Assembly: GCA_965364895.1 (NCBI GenBank)
Contig: CBDTZL010000001.1
Location: 1-40,461, forward strand
Source of the DNA: an uncultured bacterium
Lineage (GTDB): Bacteria; Chloroflexota; Anaerolineae; Anaerolineales; E44-bin32
Length of the DNA stretch: 40,461 nucleotides
Direction of reading: 5' to 3'
The position numbers were made by a program, and so were the translations under genes. The first letter of the stretch is position 1. Each line of letters starts with the position of its first letter. The notes beneath the pieces are model-generated. The model was not told the origin of the DNA and searched no databases. It saw only the letters and a list, made by a program, of their open reading frames with translations. Below are positions 1 to 9,488 of this stretch, piece by piece.

Positions 1-1880
1 GCTTGCCAGCCTTTTGTGGCGGATGAAGGGTTCTCGCTCTGTTTGGCCGGATAGCTTGCCAGCACAGACTGCCGAAATGAGTTTGCTGTGAAGTAAAGAG
101 AGTCAAAGAGAGAATCGTCCAGCCCGAGTGCCGCGTGATACTCGCGCCTAGCGGCGCCTAGGTTCTCCTGCTGCTCGAGTATTCGCCCCAAGGTCAAGCG
201 GAAATTTGACTGATTTGGTGCTAGCTCTGTGGCTTGCTCAAGATCGGATATCGCTCCATGGACATCCCCACCCGCGTACCTCAATTGTGCGACGTTGGCC
301 CAGTTGACAGCATAATTCGGATCGATCGCGAGCCCAGCCTCATATTTTTGAATAGCGCTCGACAAACGATGGGAGTCGACAAGCTGGCCTGCATTGTCCA
401 TAGCCAGAACGCCATCGGCGAAACCCGCCTGGAACCAATGGTATGCGAGTGCCGGATCTTTCTCGACCGCTTCGTCGAGATAGAGCGTGGCCGTCTCCCA
501 GTCACCGGCAACGGCCGCGCGCAGGCCGTCCATGAGGGGGCGATAGGAACGCAGGCCCAAACCAATCATGGCCAATAACGAAAGCCATGCGAAGACCAGC
601 AACCCGTTCCCAAGCCGCCGTCGAGCGGAAGTGCTAGCCCCGCGAGTTAACCATGCCAACAAGATGACCGCGATCATAGCAAGTGCAGGCAAAGTCCCCG
701 GAGTGTCGAACATACTGTGTATTGAAAAGCCCGTCAGGCTGGCCATAAACGCGGCCAACCAGTGCCGTTCCCCATGAGCATGCTCGCGCCAGCGATACCA
801 GATTTCTCGAGCTACCCCGAAGAGCAGGAATCCGAGTGCAGCCAGTCCAATGATGCCCGCCTCGGCAGCGATATTGAATACCACATTGTGTGCATGAGCC
901 AGCAGTAAACCGGGAGGAACGATTCCGGTAGCGGTAAATGCGCTGCCATATGTGAAGGGTCCAGTTCCACTAATGGGGTCACTGATGAAGCTCGTTAGGG
1001 CCACGCCCCAAATATCGGATCTAGAACCGGATACGCTGCCATGCGAGGGGTGTTGCAGCTGTCTGGGGACGATGACTATGAGCAGAATCGTGCTCAAAAT
1101 AGCAAGCCCCGCGAGTCCGAGCACCAATCTCGGGCGCTCTCTCCAAATCTGGGCGGGCTGAATTCGGCGATCAATCCCTAAGAGAACTGCCAACGAACCA
1201 AGTGCAGCCGCGGTGCCCAGCCAACCTCCACGGGAGGAAGTGAAGTAAAGCAAGACAATTACGATCGCAGTCCACAAGCCGAGTGCAATGCGAGGGATCC
1301 AAGCTCGTGAGCGGAAAAGCTGTACGAGGCCGAGCGGCAAGACGAGATTGAGGAACGCCGCTGCAAAGTTCGGGTGACCAATGAAGGCTCGGATCCGGAT
1401 CGTCACAGGCGGGAGAAAAGTTTCTCCGCCGCTGATTCTCCACCAGGATGTCAACCAGATTCCGATCTCAAGCAGCCCGAAAAAGATAATAAAACCAGAA
1501 ACGAAAAGAAGGGACTTGACGAAGATGTCTTGCGGCCATCCTCTCCGTCGCAGATCCAGTATGAAATACAGCAGCAGCGAGTAAAGGATGATCTGGCCCA
1601 ACAGCATGGTGCTGCGCCGGGGGTCAATTGATAACAATGTTGCGATGCCGTAAGCCACGACAAATATGACAACCTGAAGGCCGAATCCAGCTTGTGGGAA
1701 CGGTTCCTTACTAAGGATTCTCCAGGCGAACCAGCCCAGGCCGACCACCGCAAGCAGAACGAGGTTCAGCGTTCGGAGGTCGATTCGAACAAGGCCGTTG
1801 AGCGTTCCACCGAGGAGCACAAGATAGCTGACGCCAAGAAAGACGGCTGCTTCTTGCAGCAGGTATTTGGTCTTTGCCAT
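1..1880 (-). CDS. O-antigen ligase/polymerase-like (Wzy_C family) polytopic membrane protein with C-terminal TPR repeats; the C-terminus runs off the left edge
   Basis: Not in the ORF track because there is no stop inside the window. My translation of the minus strand from ATG 1880-1878 (MAKTKYLLQEAAVFLGVSYLVLLGG...) stays open in frame to position 3. It has many hydrophobic segments. AHAHNVVFNIAAEAGIIGLAALGF fits the H-N...E-x-G-x-x-G signature of O-antigen-ligase-like domains. The part encoded by about 1-560 is TPR-like (DPALAYHWFQAG, IDPNYAVNWANVAQL, LAPNQSNFRLTLGRIL). Confidence 0.8.
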   Translation of the reverse strand, partial: MAKTKYLLQEAAVFLGVSYLVLLGGTLNGLVRIDLRTLNLVLLAVVGLGWFAWRILSKEPFPQAGFGLQVVIFVVAYGIATLLSIDPRRSTMLLGQIILYSLLLYFILDLRRRGWPQDIFVKSLLFVSGFIIFFGLLEIGIWLTSWWRISGGETFLPPVTIRIRAFIGHPNFAAAFLNLVLPLGLVQLFRSRAWIPRIALGLWTAIVIVLLYFTSSRGGWLGTAAALGSLAVLLGIDRRIQPAQIWRERPRLVLGLAGLAILSTILLIVIVPRQLQHPSHGSVSGSRSDIWGVALTSFISDPISGTGPFTYGSAFTATGIVPPGLLLAHAHNVVFNIAAEAGIIGLAALGFLLFGVAREIWYRWREHAHGERHWLAAFMASLTGFSIHSMFDTPGTLPALAMIAVILLAWLTRGASTSARRRLGNGLLVFAWLSLLAMIGLGLRSYRPLMDGLRAAVAGDWETATLYLDEAVEKDPALAYHWFQAGFADGVLAMDNAGQLVDSHRLSSAIQKYEAGLAIDPNYAVNWANVAQLRYAGGDVHGAISDLEQATELAPNQSNFRLTLGRILEQQENLGAARREYHAALGLDDSLFDSLYFTANSFRQSVLASYPAKQSENPSSATKGWQ

Positions 1881-1992
1881 GTTACCTATTGTCTACGGGT
1901 GCGAAGCGCCATGGCCATACGAAGTTATCTTTGGGGAGCAAAATTTTGGGAGCGCAGCCTGACCGGCTAGTTTCATCAGACTTTCGCTGATC

Positions 1993-2619
1993 TCACGGCC
2001 TGAAGAACACCATCCCCACTCCCAGTCGCTCAAGCCCAACTTCGGCCAGATGTACGACCACCGCCGAAGTGTCATTTAATGCTGCGAACAAGGTTGGAAT
2101 GGCATCTGGATCCCCGGTCTGTCCCAGGGCACGCGCAGCCTCAATTCTCACTTGAGGCACTTCCGACTTCATTGCTTGCGACAATGGCGGTATCGCCTCA
2201 GAGCCAGCCGTAGCTAATGCTCCGGAAGCCAGCCTGGCAAGCAAGCGATCTTCATCTCTCAGGGTCTCAATCAGACGTGGCACGGCGTCCGGGACCGGAT
2301 GCTGGCGCAGCCCGGCGGCCGCACATTGGCGCACCGTTGCATCTTCATCGCTGAGCGATTCGATCAACGCCTTATTGGCACGTGGGTCATCGATACTCGA
2401 GAGAGCCATAATTGCCCACCAACGCTGATCGGGCTCTGGAGAAGCTAACAGGTTTAGGAGGAATTCAAGTGCGGGTTCGCCGTGCTGAGGAATCTGGGAG
2501 AGTGCCCGCGCCGCGCGGGCTTCGTCTTCTGAGGATAGTTCGCTGATTAGCGTCTCGAGCTCACTCACTATCGCTCTGGGGGTGGAACCGGCAGGTCCTC
2601 CTCGGAGACTGAGATCCAC
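1993..2619 (-). CDS. HEAT-repeat (PBS-lyase HEAT-like) protein
   Basis: 208-aa ORF with repeated units of about 30 aa (DPRANKALIESLSDEDATVRQCAAAGL; DAVPRLIETLRDEDRLLARLA; VRIEAARALGQTGDPDAIPTLFAALND). The start at 2619 overlaps the upstream gene by 52 nt. An in-frame GTG at 2568-2566 overlaps that gene's TAG (TAGTG) and is an alternative start. Confidence 0.7.
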   Translation of the reverse strand: MDLSLRGGPAGSTPRAIVSELETLISELSSEDEARAARALSQIPQHGEPALEFLLNLLASPEPDQRWWAIMALSSIDDPRANKALIESLSDEDATVRQCAAAGLRQHPVPDAVPRLIETLRDEDRLLARLASGALATAGSEAIPPLSQAMKSEVPQVRIEAARALGQTGDPDAIPTLFAALNDTSAVVVHLAEVGLERLGVGMVFFRP

Positions 2620-2798
2620 TTATCTCCCTCGTCGATCAACATGACGGGGATGTCGTCCAGGATCGGGTATTTGCGGCCGCAATAGTCGGCGTCTTCCTGA
2701 CACACCAGCCAGGTATCTTTTACTAACACCAGCATTCCATCACGCTCTTGAACGCAGTGGGGGCAGCGCAGGATCTCAAGCAGTTCTTCGCTAACCAT
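2568..2798 (-). CDS. Trm112-family small zinc-ribbon-like protein
   Basis: LLEILRCPHC ... L.C ... YPILDDIPVMLIDE is the Trm112p/UPF0434 pattern. I prefer the ATG at 2798-2796 (MVSEELLEILRCP) over the track start at 2822. Confidence 0.75.
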   Translation of the reverse strand: MVSEELLEILRCPHCVQERDGMLVLVKDTWLVCQEDADYCGRKYPILDDIPVMLIDEGDKWISVSEEDLPVPPPER

Positions 2799-2897
2799 CA
2801 AAGTTTCCCTTTGGAGGCGCAAATTCTACCATCGCGATGGGTTTGGGGATAACTCATGGCGCAGGCTGATGCGAAGTTCGGGGGAAAAGGGGGAAGC

Positions 2898-4715
2898 TCA
2901 GTCTTCGTCGGTGATTGCGTTGTCTGGAAGCTCGGTTCCCGGACCGTACTCGTAGATCGCGCGCCAGGGGAGATAGTGGGTCTTGATGGTGTCCCGGTGA
3001 AGGGTATCGTCACCGAGGGTTACGGTGCGCGTGACAATCACGTCCATTCCGTCCGCCTCGAAGTCCACCTGCTCGATCTTCCCCTCTTTGAGGTCTGAAT
3101 TCTCCTTGTACAGGGGCTTGGGTGCTTCGATCTTGCCCGAGATCTGAGGCGAGCTGATCTGCACTTGCCGGCCATCTCCGGTCGAATAGAACTTCCAGAG
3201 CAGCTGCGTGCCGTAGATGTAGGTCTCAGACAGCAGCCAGTGGTCGGTATCGTTGGTGAATTTGAAATCCACCAGCGGCACGAAGACCGTCGCATCAAAT
3301 CCCGGCCCCGGAGAGCCGGCCCCTTGCTCGTAGTAGCCCACGCGGTAGGCGTGAGGGTGACGTTCGACGATGCCAAAGCCCCCGCTGAAGGCGGTGCGGA
3401 ACAGCGTGGTGCTCACCTGACACACTCCGCCGCCCACGCCCTTGATGGTGCGATCTCCATATATAATGAGCGCCTCCGCATAGCCGGTGTCCAGGCTAAT
3501 GTCACCCAGTACATCCGACATCGATAGCGTCTCACCCGGAGCAATCAGCATCCCGTGGAACGGAGCAGAGGCGGTGGCGATGTTCTGGACACGTGCGGGG
3601 CTTGAGCCCGCGAAGTAACTTGACACCACGCTGACCTCTTCTGTGATGCCCAGCTCCGCCGCAGTAGCCTCGCTACCGACGGCTGGTTGCTCTAACGCGA
3701 ATACCAGTGGTATTTCATGCTCCCCATTCGCCAGCCCGTGATTGATGGCTTCAATGCTGCCTGGGATATCGAGCGTGCGTCCGATTACGGCTTCCGCCAG
3801 CAGATCGAGCTCGCGCGTCTCATCATTGAAGATAAAGCGGGCGTTTTCGGACCCGCGCTGCAGTTCCGGCGCGAGCGGCTCGAGATAGGCAAACAAGGCG
3901 CCTTGATCGATCCCAACCTGGTATTGACCCTGCTCTTCGTTGAGAGTGAAGCGCAGCATTTCCGCCAGGGTCTGCCGATCGATGGTCCATGGACCGGCAT
4001 CCGCGGCGGTAATGGTGAGCGGCGCGCGCAGCATTTCGGCTGCAATTTTGCCCTGCTCGGTTGCGTCAAGTACCAAAGGCGGAGTCTCTACCACGGCTAG
4101 CGGGATCTCGGCGTCATGAAGCGACGCAAAGATTGGCTCCAGTAGTTCGAGATTGCGTCCGATTTGAAGCTCCCGCCCTATTTGACCAGGACGCATCACG
4201 ATCTCTACACCGTCTATGCCCAGGGCCGCCTCTAGCTGTGGGCTATCGATCTGCGCTGCCAGTGCGTTCAAATAAGCTGCTCCTGCTCGCTGATCAAATA
4301 GCACGGTGGTCGGCACTTCAAATCCTGAACTCCACGCGCTGAAAAAGTCTGAGATCTGCAGCAGTGCTCTGCCATCGCGACCCACCGCAAGCGCCTGGTC
4401 GGCCATGCTCGGGATGTCCAGCGCCACACCTAGCTCTTCCGGCGTCGCAACCCAATGGCGTGTGCCGTCCGTCATCAGTACTTTGCCAGTGCGAGGGTAG
4501 GTAAGGATCTCACCAAGGGCTAACTCAATCTCTGGTTCGGAGAGCCCGCCCACAGCAACGCCCGCGGCTGATACGCCAGGTAAGGCGCGTCCAGAGTAGG
4601 CTACTCGGGTTCCAACAATAAAGAACACGAGTACCGCTCCGACGGCCAACAGCATACCTAGAAGAGCAATTGGCAGAGAAGGGAGTATCGATTTCATACG
4701 CGTGCGTGTTTCCAA
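2898..4715 (-). CDS. VanW-family protein with N-terminal membrane anchor and C-terminal G5-like domain
   Basis: 605 aa with an N-terminal TM segment (LPIALLGMLLAVGAVLVFFIVG). VanW core: APGETLSMSDVLGDISLDTGY ... GGGVCQVSTTLFRTAFSGGFGIVERHPHAYRVGYY. The C-terminal beta-rich tail (KIEQVDFEADGMDVIVTRTVT) resembles a G5 domain. Confidence 0.85.
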   Translation of the reverse strand: METRTRMKSILPSLPIALLGMLLAVGAVLVFFIVGTRVAYSGRALPGVSAAGVAVGGLSEPEIELALGEILTYPRTGKVLMTDGTRHWVATPEELGVALDIPSMADQALAVGRDGRALLQISDFFSAWSSGFEVPTTVLFDQRAGAAYLNALAAQIDSPQLEAALGIDGVEIVMRPGQIGRELQIGRNLELLEPIFASLHDAEIPLAVVETPPLVLDATEQGKIAAEMLRAPLTITAADAGPWTIDRQTLAEMLRFTLNEEQGQYQVGIDQGALFAYLEPLAPELQRGSENARFIFNDETRELDLLAEAVIGRTLDIPGSIEAINHGLANGEHEIPLVFALEQPAVGSEATAAELGITEEVSVVSSYFAGSSPARVQNIATASAPFHGMLIAPGETLSMSDVLGDISLDTGYAEALIIYGDRTIKGVGGGVCQVSTTLFRTAFSGGFGIVERHPHAYRVGYYEQGAGSPGPGFDATVFVPLVDFKFTNDTDHWLLSETYIYGTQLLWKFYSTGDGRQVQISSPQISGKIEAPKPLYKENSDLKEGKIEQVDFEADGMDVIVTRTVTLGDDTLHRDTIKTHYLPWRAIYEYGPGTELPDNAITDED

Positions 4716-4865
4716 CCTATACGGCTGAAATTGGGCGAGGAGTATATCATCTGCAAATGGGTGAGGCGCAAACCGTGGTTTCGCCTGCCGCGATGAGTGA
4801 TCCGGCCACCTGGCTCAAGCCCAAACCGCAGTTTCAGTGGTTGCAAAAAGTGATCCATAACCGAA

Positions 4866-7800
4866 ATGACCGATAAAAGCTCACAATCCATTCCTATCCG
4901 ACGCAGTTTCCGGCTCGGCCCCTGGGAGATCACGCTTCTTGGCCTGGGTGTCTGGCTGGCGATTGGCGTGTTTGGGCTATTTGATAGTGTTGCGCTTCTA
5001 GCAGGGCCTGAGAACGGCCTGGCCTATGGGTTGTACGCAGCGCTGATGGTGCCCACCCTGCTGACCTTCATCGAACTCCGAGGTTGGGTTACCACAGGAG
5101 CTGGAAGTTACGGGCTGATGGAATCCCTGGAACGCCCGTCCTTGAAGTTCTTGGCAGGGTGGGCATACCTGCTTGGTTGGGCTGCGTTGAGCGGTCTGCT
5201 GGCATGGACTTTCGCCGACTACGCAAGCCGGCTGCTAGATCCAGTCTTCCCGGCAGTAAACCTCAGGCTTCCGATCTTGCTGATTCTCCTAGCCGTCTCG
5301 ACCATACAGCGTGGACTTGGCGCCAGGCCGCTCTGGCGATTGGCGGTAAGGCTCGCCGGATTGGCAGCCCTTGGGTTGCTTCTGACTGTACTCGTCGTAA
5401 TGACGTCTGGGACGGAAGCCGATACCCAGTTCCCAAGCACAAACAATCTGTTTGCGGCCGTTGCTGCCCTCAGCGGACTGGGGTGGCTGATTGAGGTGCT
5501 CGCTGACCGCGGTGGCGAGCGCCGAAGTCTCGCCATCCCGCTGCGTGGCTTCTTGTTTGGAGCCTTGCTGGCAGCGGTGATCGCCGTGCCGCGGGCTATG
5601 ACGCTGGAAGGCCTGGTCGAGCAAGCGCTGCCGGGCTATGGGGCACAAACTGTGCTGGTCGTCGGAATATTGATCATCGCGGTGTTCTGGGGACCGCTCT
5701 CTCTGATGTCGCTTCGCCGTTTGCAGGTGATCACAGAGGACGGGGTGCTGCCGGCATGGCTTCTTGCGCCGGCGTGGAAGCTGTCCGTGACTCAATCAAT
5801 CCTGACACTGGTGGCAGCGGTAATTGCGGCCGCGGTGGCCGCAGTGCCATCACTGGCGCTTGGTCAGGCCGCGGCCGCAATGTTTTTGCTGCTGAGCATG
5901 GGAGTTAGCCTAGCATCCATCTTCTATCGACGACGCGGCAATAACCGGCCGATCCTCAAACTTCCCTTACATCCCGTGGTGCCTGCGGCCAGCACAGCGA
6001 TTAGCTTCTTGCTCTTCTTTGCTTTGCCATTTTGGGCACGTGCGCTTGGGCTGGCATGGCTATTGGTAGCAGCGCTCGCCTATTGGTGGGGCGGCAGGCA
6101 AAGAATGCGTGAATCGCAGGTCGGGATCACGGTGTTCGAAGCCCTCGAAGATCGGGAAATCATCGAATCCGCATTCCCGATAGTTGTCCCGGTGGCCGAC
6201 CCGGAAGCGGCTTCAAACCTGGTGTCACTGGCCGCAGACATCGCTCGACGCAAGAAAGGACACTTAGTCATCTTGCAAGTGATCCAGGTCCCTGAGCACC
6301 TGCCGCTGGACAATCGCCGTTTCGAGGCGCAACGCAAGCTCGATTTGCTGGAGCGCAGCTTGGGCGAGGCGGAAGCTCTCGGTGTGCCCACTGTAGGACT
6401 TACTCGTATCTCGCGCAGCATTGAGCAAGGCATTCTAGATACCGCGGCCGAGGAGTCGGCCAAGCTCATCATGATGGGCGGCAACGTTAGCCCGCAGTAT
6501 GCCGGGAGAACAGGATTCGGCACTGTCGTGGACGGCGTGCTGGAGCAGGCCGCTTGTGAAGTGTTTGTACTCCGGTCGCAGGGTGAGTTCCACCCTACTC
6601 GCGCGTTGGTTCCCGCAGCAGATTCGCAAGGGCTTGAGGCGGCCCGCCTGGCAAGCTGGCTTACCGGCGGGGAAGTGACATTGCTGCATGTAATGGAAGA
6701 AGGCTCCACGCAAGCCGAAGCTAAGGCCTTGCTAGGCGGTATCGCAGACGAAATTGGTGGCAGTCAGGGCATTGAGACTCGCGTGGTTCGGTCTAGCACG
6801 CCTACAAACGGAATCCTGGAGGGGATTGAGGGCCACCACCTGTTGGTGCTGGAAACCGGCGAGCTGGCGCTGCTCGACGACGTACGCAGAACGCAGCTGC
6901 CGCTCAAATTGGCGGAACGAATCGATATTCCCATCCTGCTAGTACGCAGTCAAGCCGACTTACCGCGCCTCGTGGCTCGCCGCGCCTGGCGCTCCATTTC
7001 AGACATCATCCCGCCGCTCACCAGCCAGGGGCAACTGGCGCTCTACCGCAAATTGCGGGAGGCGGCGCGCCCCAATGTTCATTTCTTTGTCTTGATCACG
7101 CTGTCGTCAGTGATTGCCAGTCTGGGATTGCTCATCAACAGCCCGGCAGTGGTCATTGGCGCCATGCTGGTGGCGCCGCTGATGAGTCCCATTGTCGCCA
7201 TCGCAGCCGGTCTCACCTTCGGCGATGCACAAATGCTGCGGGAGGGCCTGGCTTCGACGGTGCAGGGAGCCATGGCAGCCGTCTTTATCGCCATTGTCAT
7301 TGGTCTGATCGTGCCTGGTTCGGTGGCAACCTCCGAAGTCCTTGCACGGACCGAGCCCAGCCTGATTGACTTGATGATCGCGCTTGCCTCCGGCATGGCA
7401 GGAGCTTATGCCATCGCTCGCAAAGAGGTTGGTGAAGCACTGCCCGGCGTTGCGATCTCTGCCGCGCTCCTTCCGCCGCTGGCCAGCGCGGGGCTGGGAG
7501 TAGCACTTCGAGACGGGGCAATCGTCGGCGGAGCGCTGTTGCTGTTTACAACCAACCTGATTGCAATCGTCTTCGCGGCAAGCGTAGTGTTTCTCCTGTT
7601 GGGGGTGCGCCCGCCCGAAGGCGAGAAGAGCAATCGCTGGTTCCGGCAGGGTGTGACTGTGACCGGATTGTCCCTGCTTGTGGTCAGCCTTCCACTAGCA
7701 TTCCTGCTATGGAGGTCGGTAGAGAAGGGACGAATCGAGCAGCAAACGCGGCAGGTGCTGGAACAAGAGCTGCAGAGCTGGGGAGCGGTAGAAATCGCAG

Positions 7801-7982
7801 ACCTGAAGATTCGCCACGAACTCCAGGAGGTCGAGGTGCTCGGGACGCTGTACTCTCGTGATCCGATCACCGAGGACCAGCTAAACCAATTGCAGCGCGA
7901 GCTGGACGCTGAACTGCGGCCCGATGTATCCTTGCGTTTGATTGTGATTCCTGCGGAGCTATTGGAGTCGGGGACTCCGTAG
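4866..7982 (+). CDS. Triple-fusion membrane protein: APC-type amino-acid permease, two universal-stress-protein (USP) domains, and DUF389/TIGR00341-type membrane domain
   Basis: 1038 aa. Residues 1 to about 430 are polytopic and APC-like (LAGPENGLAYGLYAALMVPTLLTFIELRG...GAGSYGLM...FLAGWAYLLGW). Residues about 440-700 hold two USP-like alpha/beta units (FPIVVPVADPEAASNLVSLAADIA..GHLVILQVIQVP; ALVPAADSQGLEAARLASWL..GEVTLLHVME). From about residue 730, VLITLSSVIASLGLLINSPAVVIGAMLVAPLMSPIVAIAAG is the DUF389 hallmark, followed by more TM segments and a soluble tail. Confidence 0.8.
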   Translation: MTDKSSQSIPIRRSFRLGPWEITLLGLGVWLAIGVFGLFDSVALLAGPENGLAYGLYAALMVPTLLTFIELRGWVTTGAGSYGLMESLERPSLKFLAGWAYLLGWAALSGLLAWTFADYASRLLDPVFPAVNLRLPILLILLAVSTIQRGLGARPLWRLAVRLAGLAALGLLLTVLVVMTSGTEADTQFPSTNNLFAAVAALSGLGWLIEVLADRGGERRSLAIPLRGFLFGALLAAVIAVPRAMTLEGLVEQALPGYGAQTVLVVGILIIAVFWGPLSLMSLRRLQVITEDGVLPAWLLAPAWKLSVTQSILTLVAAVIAAAVAAVPSLALGQAAAAMFLLLSMGVSLASIFYRRRGNNRPILKLPLHPVVPAASTAISFLLFFALPFWARALGLAWLLVAALAYWWGGRQRMRESQVGITVFEALEDREIIESAFPIVVPVADPEAASNLVSLAADIARRKKGHLVILQVIQVPEHLPLDNRRFEAQRKLDLLERSLGEAEALGVPTVGLTRISRSIEQGILDTAAEESAKLIMMGGNVSPQYAGRTGFGTVVDGVLEQAACEVFVLRSQGEFHPTRALVPAADSQGLEAARLASWLTGGEVTLLHVMEEGSTQAEAKALLGGIADEIGGSQGIETRVVRSSTPTNGILEGIEGHHLLVLETGELALLDDVRRTQLPLKLAERIDIPILLVRSQADLPRLVARRAWRSISDIIPPLTSQGQLALYRKLREAARPNVHFFVLITLSSVIASLGLLINSPAVVIGAMLVAPLMSPIVAIAAGLTFGDAQMLREGLASTVQGAMAAVFIAIVIGLIVPGSVATSEVLARTEPSLIDLMIALASGMAGAYAIARKEVGEALPGVAISAALLPPLASAGLGVALRDGAIVGGALLLFTTNLIAIVFAASVVFLLLGVRPPEGEKSNRWFRQGVTVTGLSLLVVSLPLAFLLWRSVEKGRIEQQTRQVLEQELQSWGAVEIADLKIRHELQEVEVLGTLYSRDPITEDQLNQLQRELDAELRPDVSLRLIVIPAELLESGTP

Positions 7983-7984
7983 TC

Positions 7985-8905
7985 CTACGGCTTCAACCAG
8001 ATTTCCACGCTAGAAAAATACCGAAGCCCGGGAGGATCTGCGTTCTGTTCGCGGATCACCAGCCGCACATACTGAGAGTACGGGATGTCATAGGGGATTG
8101 CGAGCTCGAACGCGCCCAGCACGCCCGGCTCCAGTGAGTCCAACCGCACCTGATAGGTGGCCAAAGCCTCTCCACTTCGGTTGAGCAGCTCGACCGTGAG
8201 CGGTAACTCAGAATCGGTCCAACCCGCCCCCCGCACGGCCATCAACCCGCCTTCGACAACGCTGCCATCCCTGGGTTCCAGCAGGGCAATCTTTTGCGGC
8301 CCATGCTCGACCGGGTGGATGCGAGGGTACCCCTCAGAGAGCAGCACCAGATCCACCGAGACCAGTTGATCCAGGCTGGCCCAACGGACTCCATCGGTGC
8401 TGATCTCCAGCCGGGCACTTTCCGCAACCGCGGGCGTGTCAAATTCCAACCGAGTGGCAAAATTACCAGCGTTGCCTGGGTAGGCGAATAGGATCGTGGT
8501 CATTTCTGAAACGACGCGCCCATCCTCGCCAAGCAACCGAATATGCACACGCTCCTTGAAACTAGGGCCACCGCGGCCTACGATCTGAAATGGGCTCGTC
8601 ACTTGCGAGCCGGGCCCAGGGCGATAGATGGCCAATAGCGCGTCGGGTAAGACCGAGCTTGATGGGATGAGGGTAGGCACCATCGGTACAACGGGTTGCT
8701 CGATTACGATGGCAGGCGTGGCTAAATTAAATGGTGCTGGAGTTGGCTCGCTGAGTGGAGCCGCAGTGGGCGTCGCCTCAATGATCGGTTCGCTGGTTGC
8801 AGGCTCCGGTATGGCGAGTGGGCTGGGGGTTGCGTTCGTACATCCAACCAATATCAGGGTTAGAAGAAGCGTCCCTCCGCGGAATGTTCTGCGCTGCAAA
8901 ACCAT
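7985..8905 (-). CDS. Secreted lipoprotein with two Gmad2-like immunoglobulin-like domains
   Basis: Signal peptide plus lipobox when started at ATG 8905 (MVLQRRTFRGGTLLLTLILVGC). A Pro/Thr linker is followed by two units resembling Gmad2 (IYRPGPGSQVTSPFQIVGRGGPSFKERVHIRLLGEDGRVV; LEPRDGSVVEGGLMAVRGAGWTDSELPLTVELLNRSGEAL). The track start at 8926 is a TTG. Confidence 0.65.
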   Translation of the reverse strand: MVLQRRTFRGGTLLLTLILVGCTNATPSPLAIPEPATSEPIIEATPTAAPLSEPTPAPFNLATPAIVIEQPVVPMVPTLIPSSSVLPDALLAIYRPGPGSQVTSPFQIVGRGGPSFKERVHIRLLGEDGRVVSEMTTILFAYPGNAGNFATRLEFDTPAVAESARLEISTDGVRWASLDQLVSVDLVLLSEGYPRIHPVEHGPQKIALLEPRDGSVVEGGLMAVRGAGWTDSELPLTVELLNRSGEALATYQVRLDSLEPGVLGAFELAIPYDIPYSQYVRLVIREQNADPPGLRYFSSVEIWLKP

Positions 8906-9107
8906 ATCAGATGTGATCCAGGTCAACCTTTAGCATGGATCATGGGAATGATGCAAGTCGGGGGCCGCCGCAGCTGCAGGTCAGGGAGCTCCTTATGGTA
9001 ACTTATGTAAAATGCAAGCGGAGTTTTTTAACGACAGAGCTTGCTGCGCTGATGGGTAGTAGCTAAAGGGGGAAACAGCTGCGTCGTGAAGCCTTGAAGG
9101 TGGGAGG

Positions 9108-9473
9108 CTAGTTGGCGGTACCCATGGCGCGGATGCTGACACCCACCAGGAAAAGGCAGATCAGTCCATACGTCAAGCTGGCCCGGCGATCGTCCTGGCC
9201 CCTGGTATAGGCGTAATAGCCGGGAATGGAGATGGCGGCCACGATGCCATAGAGCACGTGGACGGTTCTGGCGGGGCGGGCACCCTCAATCCACAGAATG
9301 ATGCCAAGCACCATCTGAGCCAAAATCAGGATCTCGCCGACAGCCAAAATTCCCCAGTAGCCGCCGGTGATGGTGCGGCGAAGGAAAAAGACTGCCAGGC
9401 CCCACACGCCAGCCACGGAAAGAAAGATCAGCATGGAGGTGGCCAACCGTGCGTGGACTTCAGTCAGAGTCAT
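9108..9473 (-). CDS. Small integral membrane protein (4 predicted TM segments), function unknown
   Basis: 121-aa ORF with four hydrophobic stretches. Tightly packed: its start is 15 nt downstream of the stop of the preceding carboxypeptidase gene on the same strand. Confidence 0.55.
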   Translation of the reverse strand: MTLTEVHARLATSMLIFLSVAGVWGLAVFFLRRTITGGYWGILAVGEILILAQMVLGIILWIEGARPARTVHVLYGIVAAISIPGYYAYTRGQDDRRASLTYGLICLFLVGVSIRAMGTAN

Positions 9474-9488
9474 GCGCGCAAGTTTCGA

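Noticed and set aside
4767-4793. Hairpin AGGCG-C-AAACC-GT-GGTTT-CGCCT in the divergent VanW / permease-fusion intergenic region
   Set aside because: It is an imperfect stem with a minimal loop and no U-tract, and its relation to any promoter is unclear. I could not assign it a function with any confidence.
7977-7990. Palindrome CCGTAG-TC-CTACGG containing both stop codons of the convergent genes (TAG 7980-7982 and CTA 7985-7987)
   Set aside because: The stem is only 5-6 bp with a 2-4-nt loop and there is no U-tract. It is too weak to call a bidirectional terminator and may simply reflect the two stop codons facing each other.
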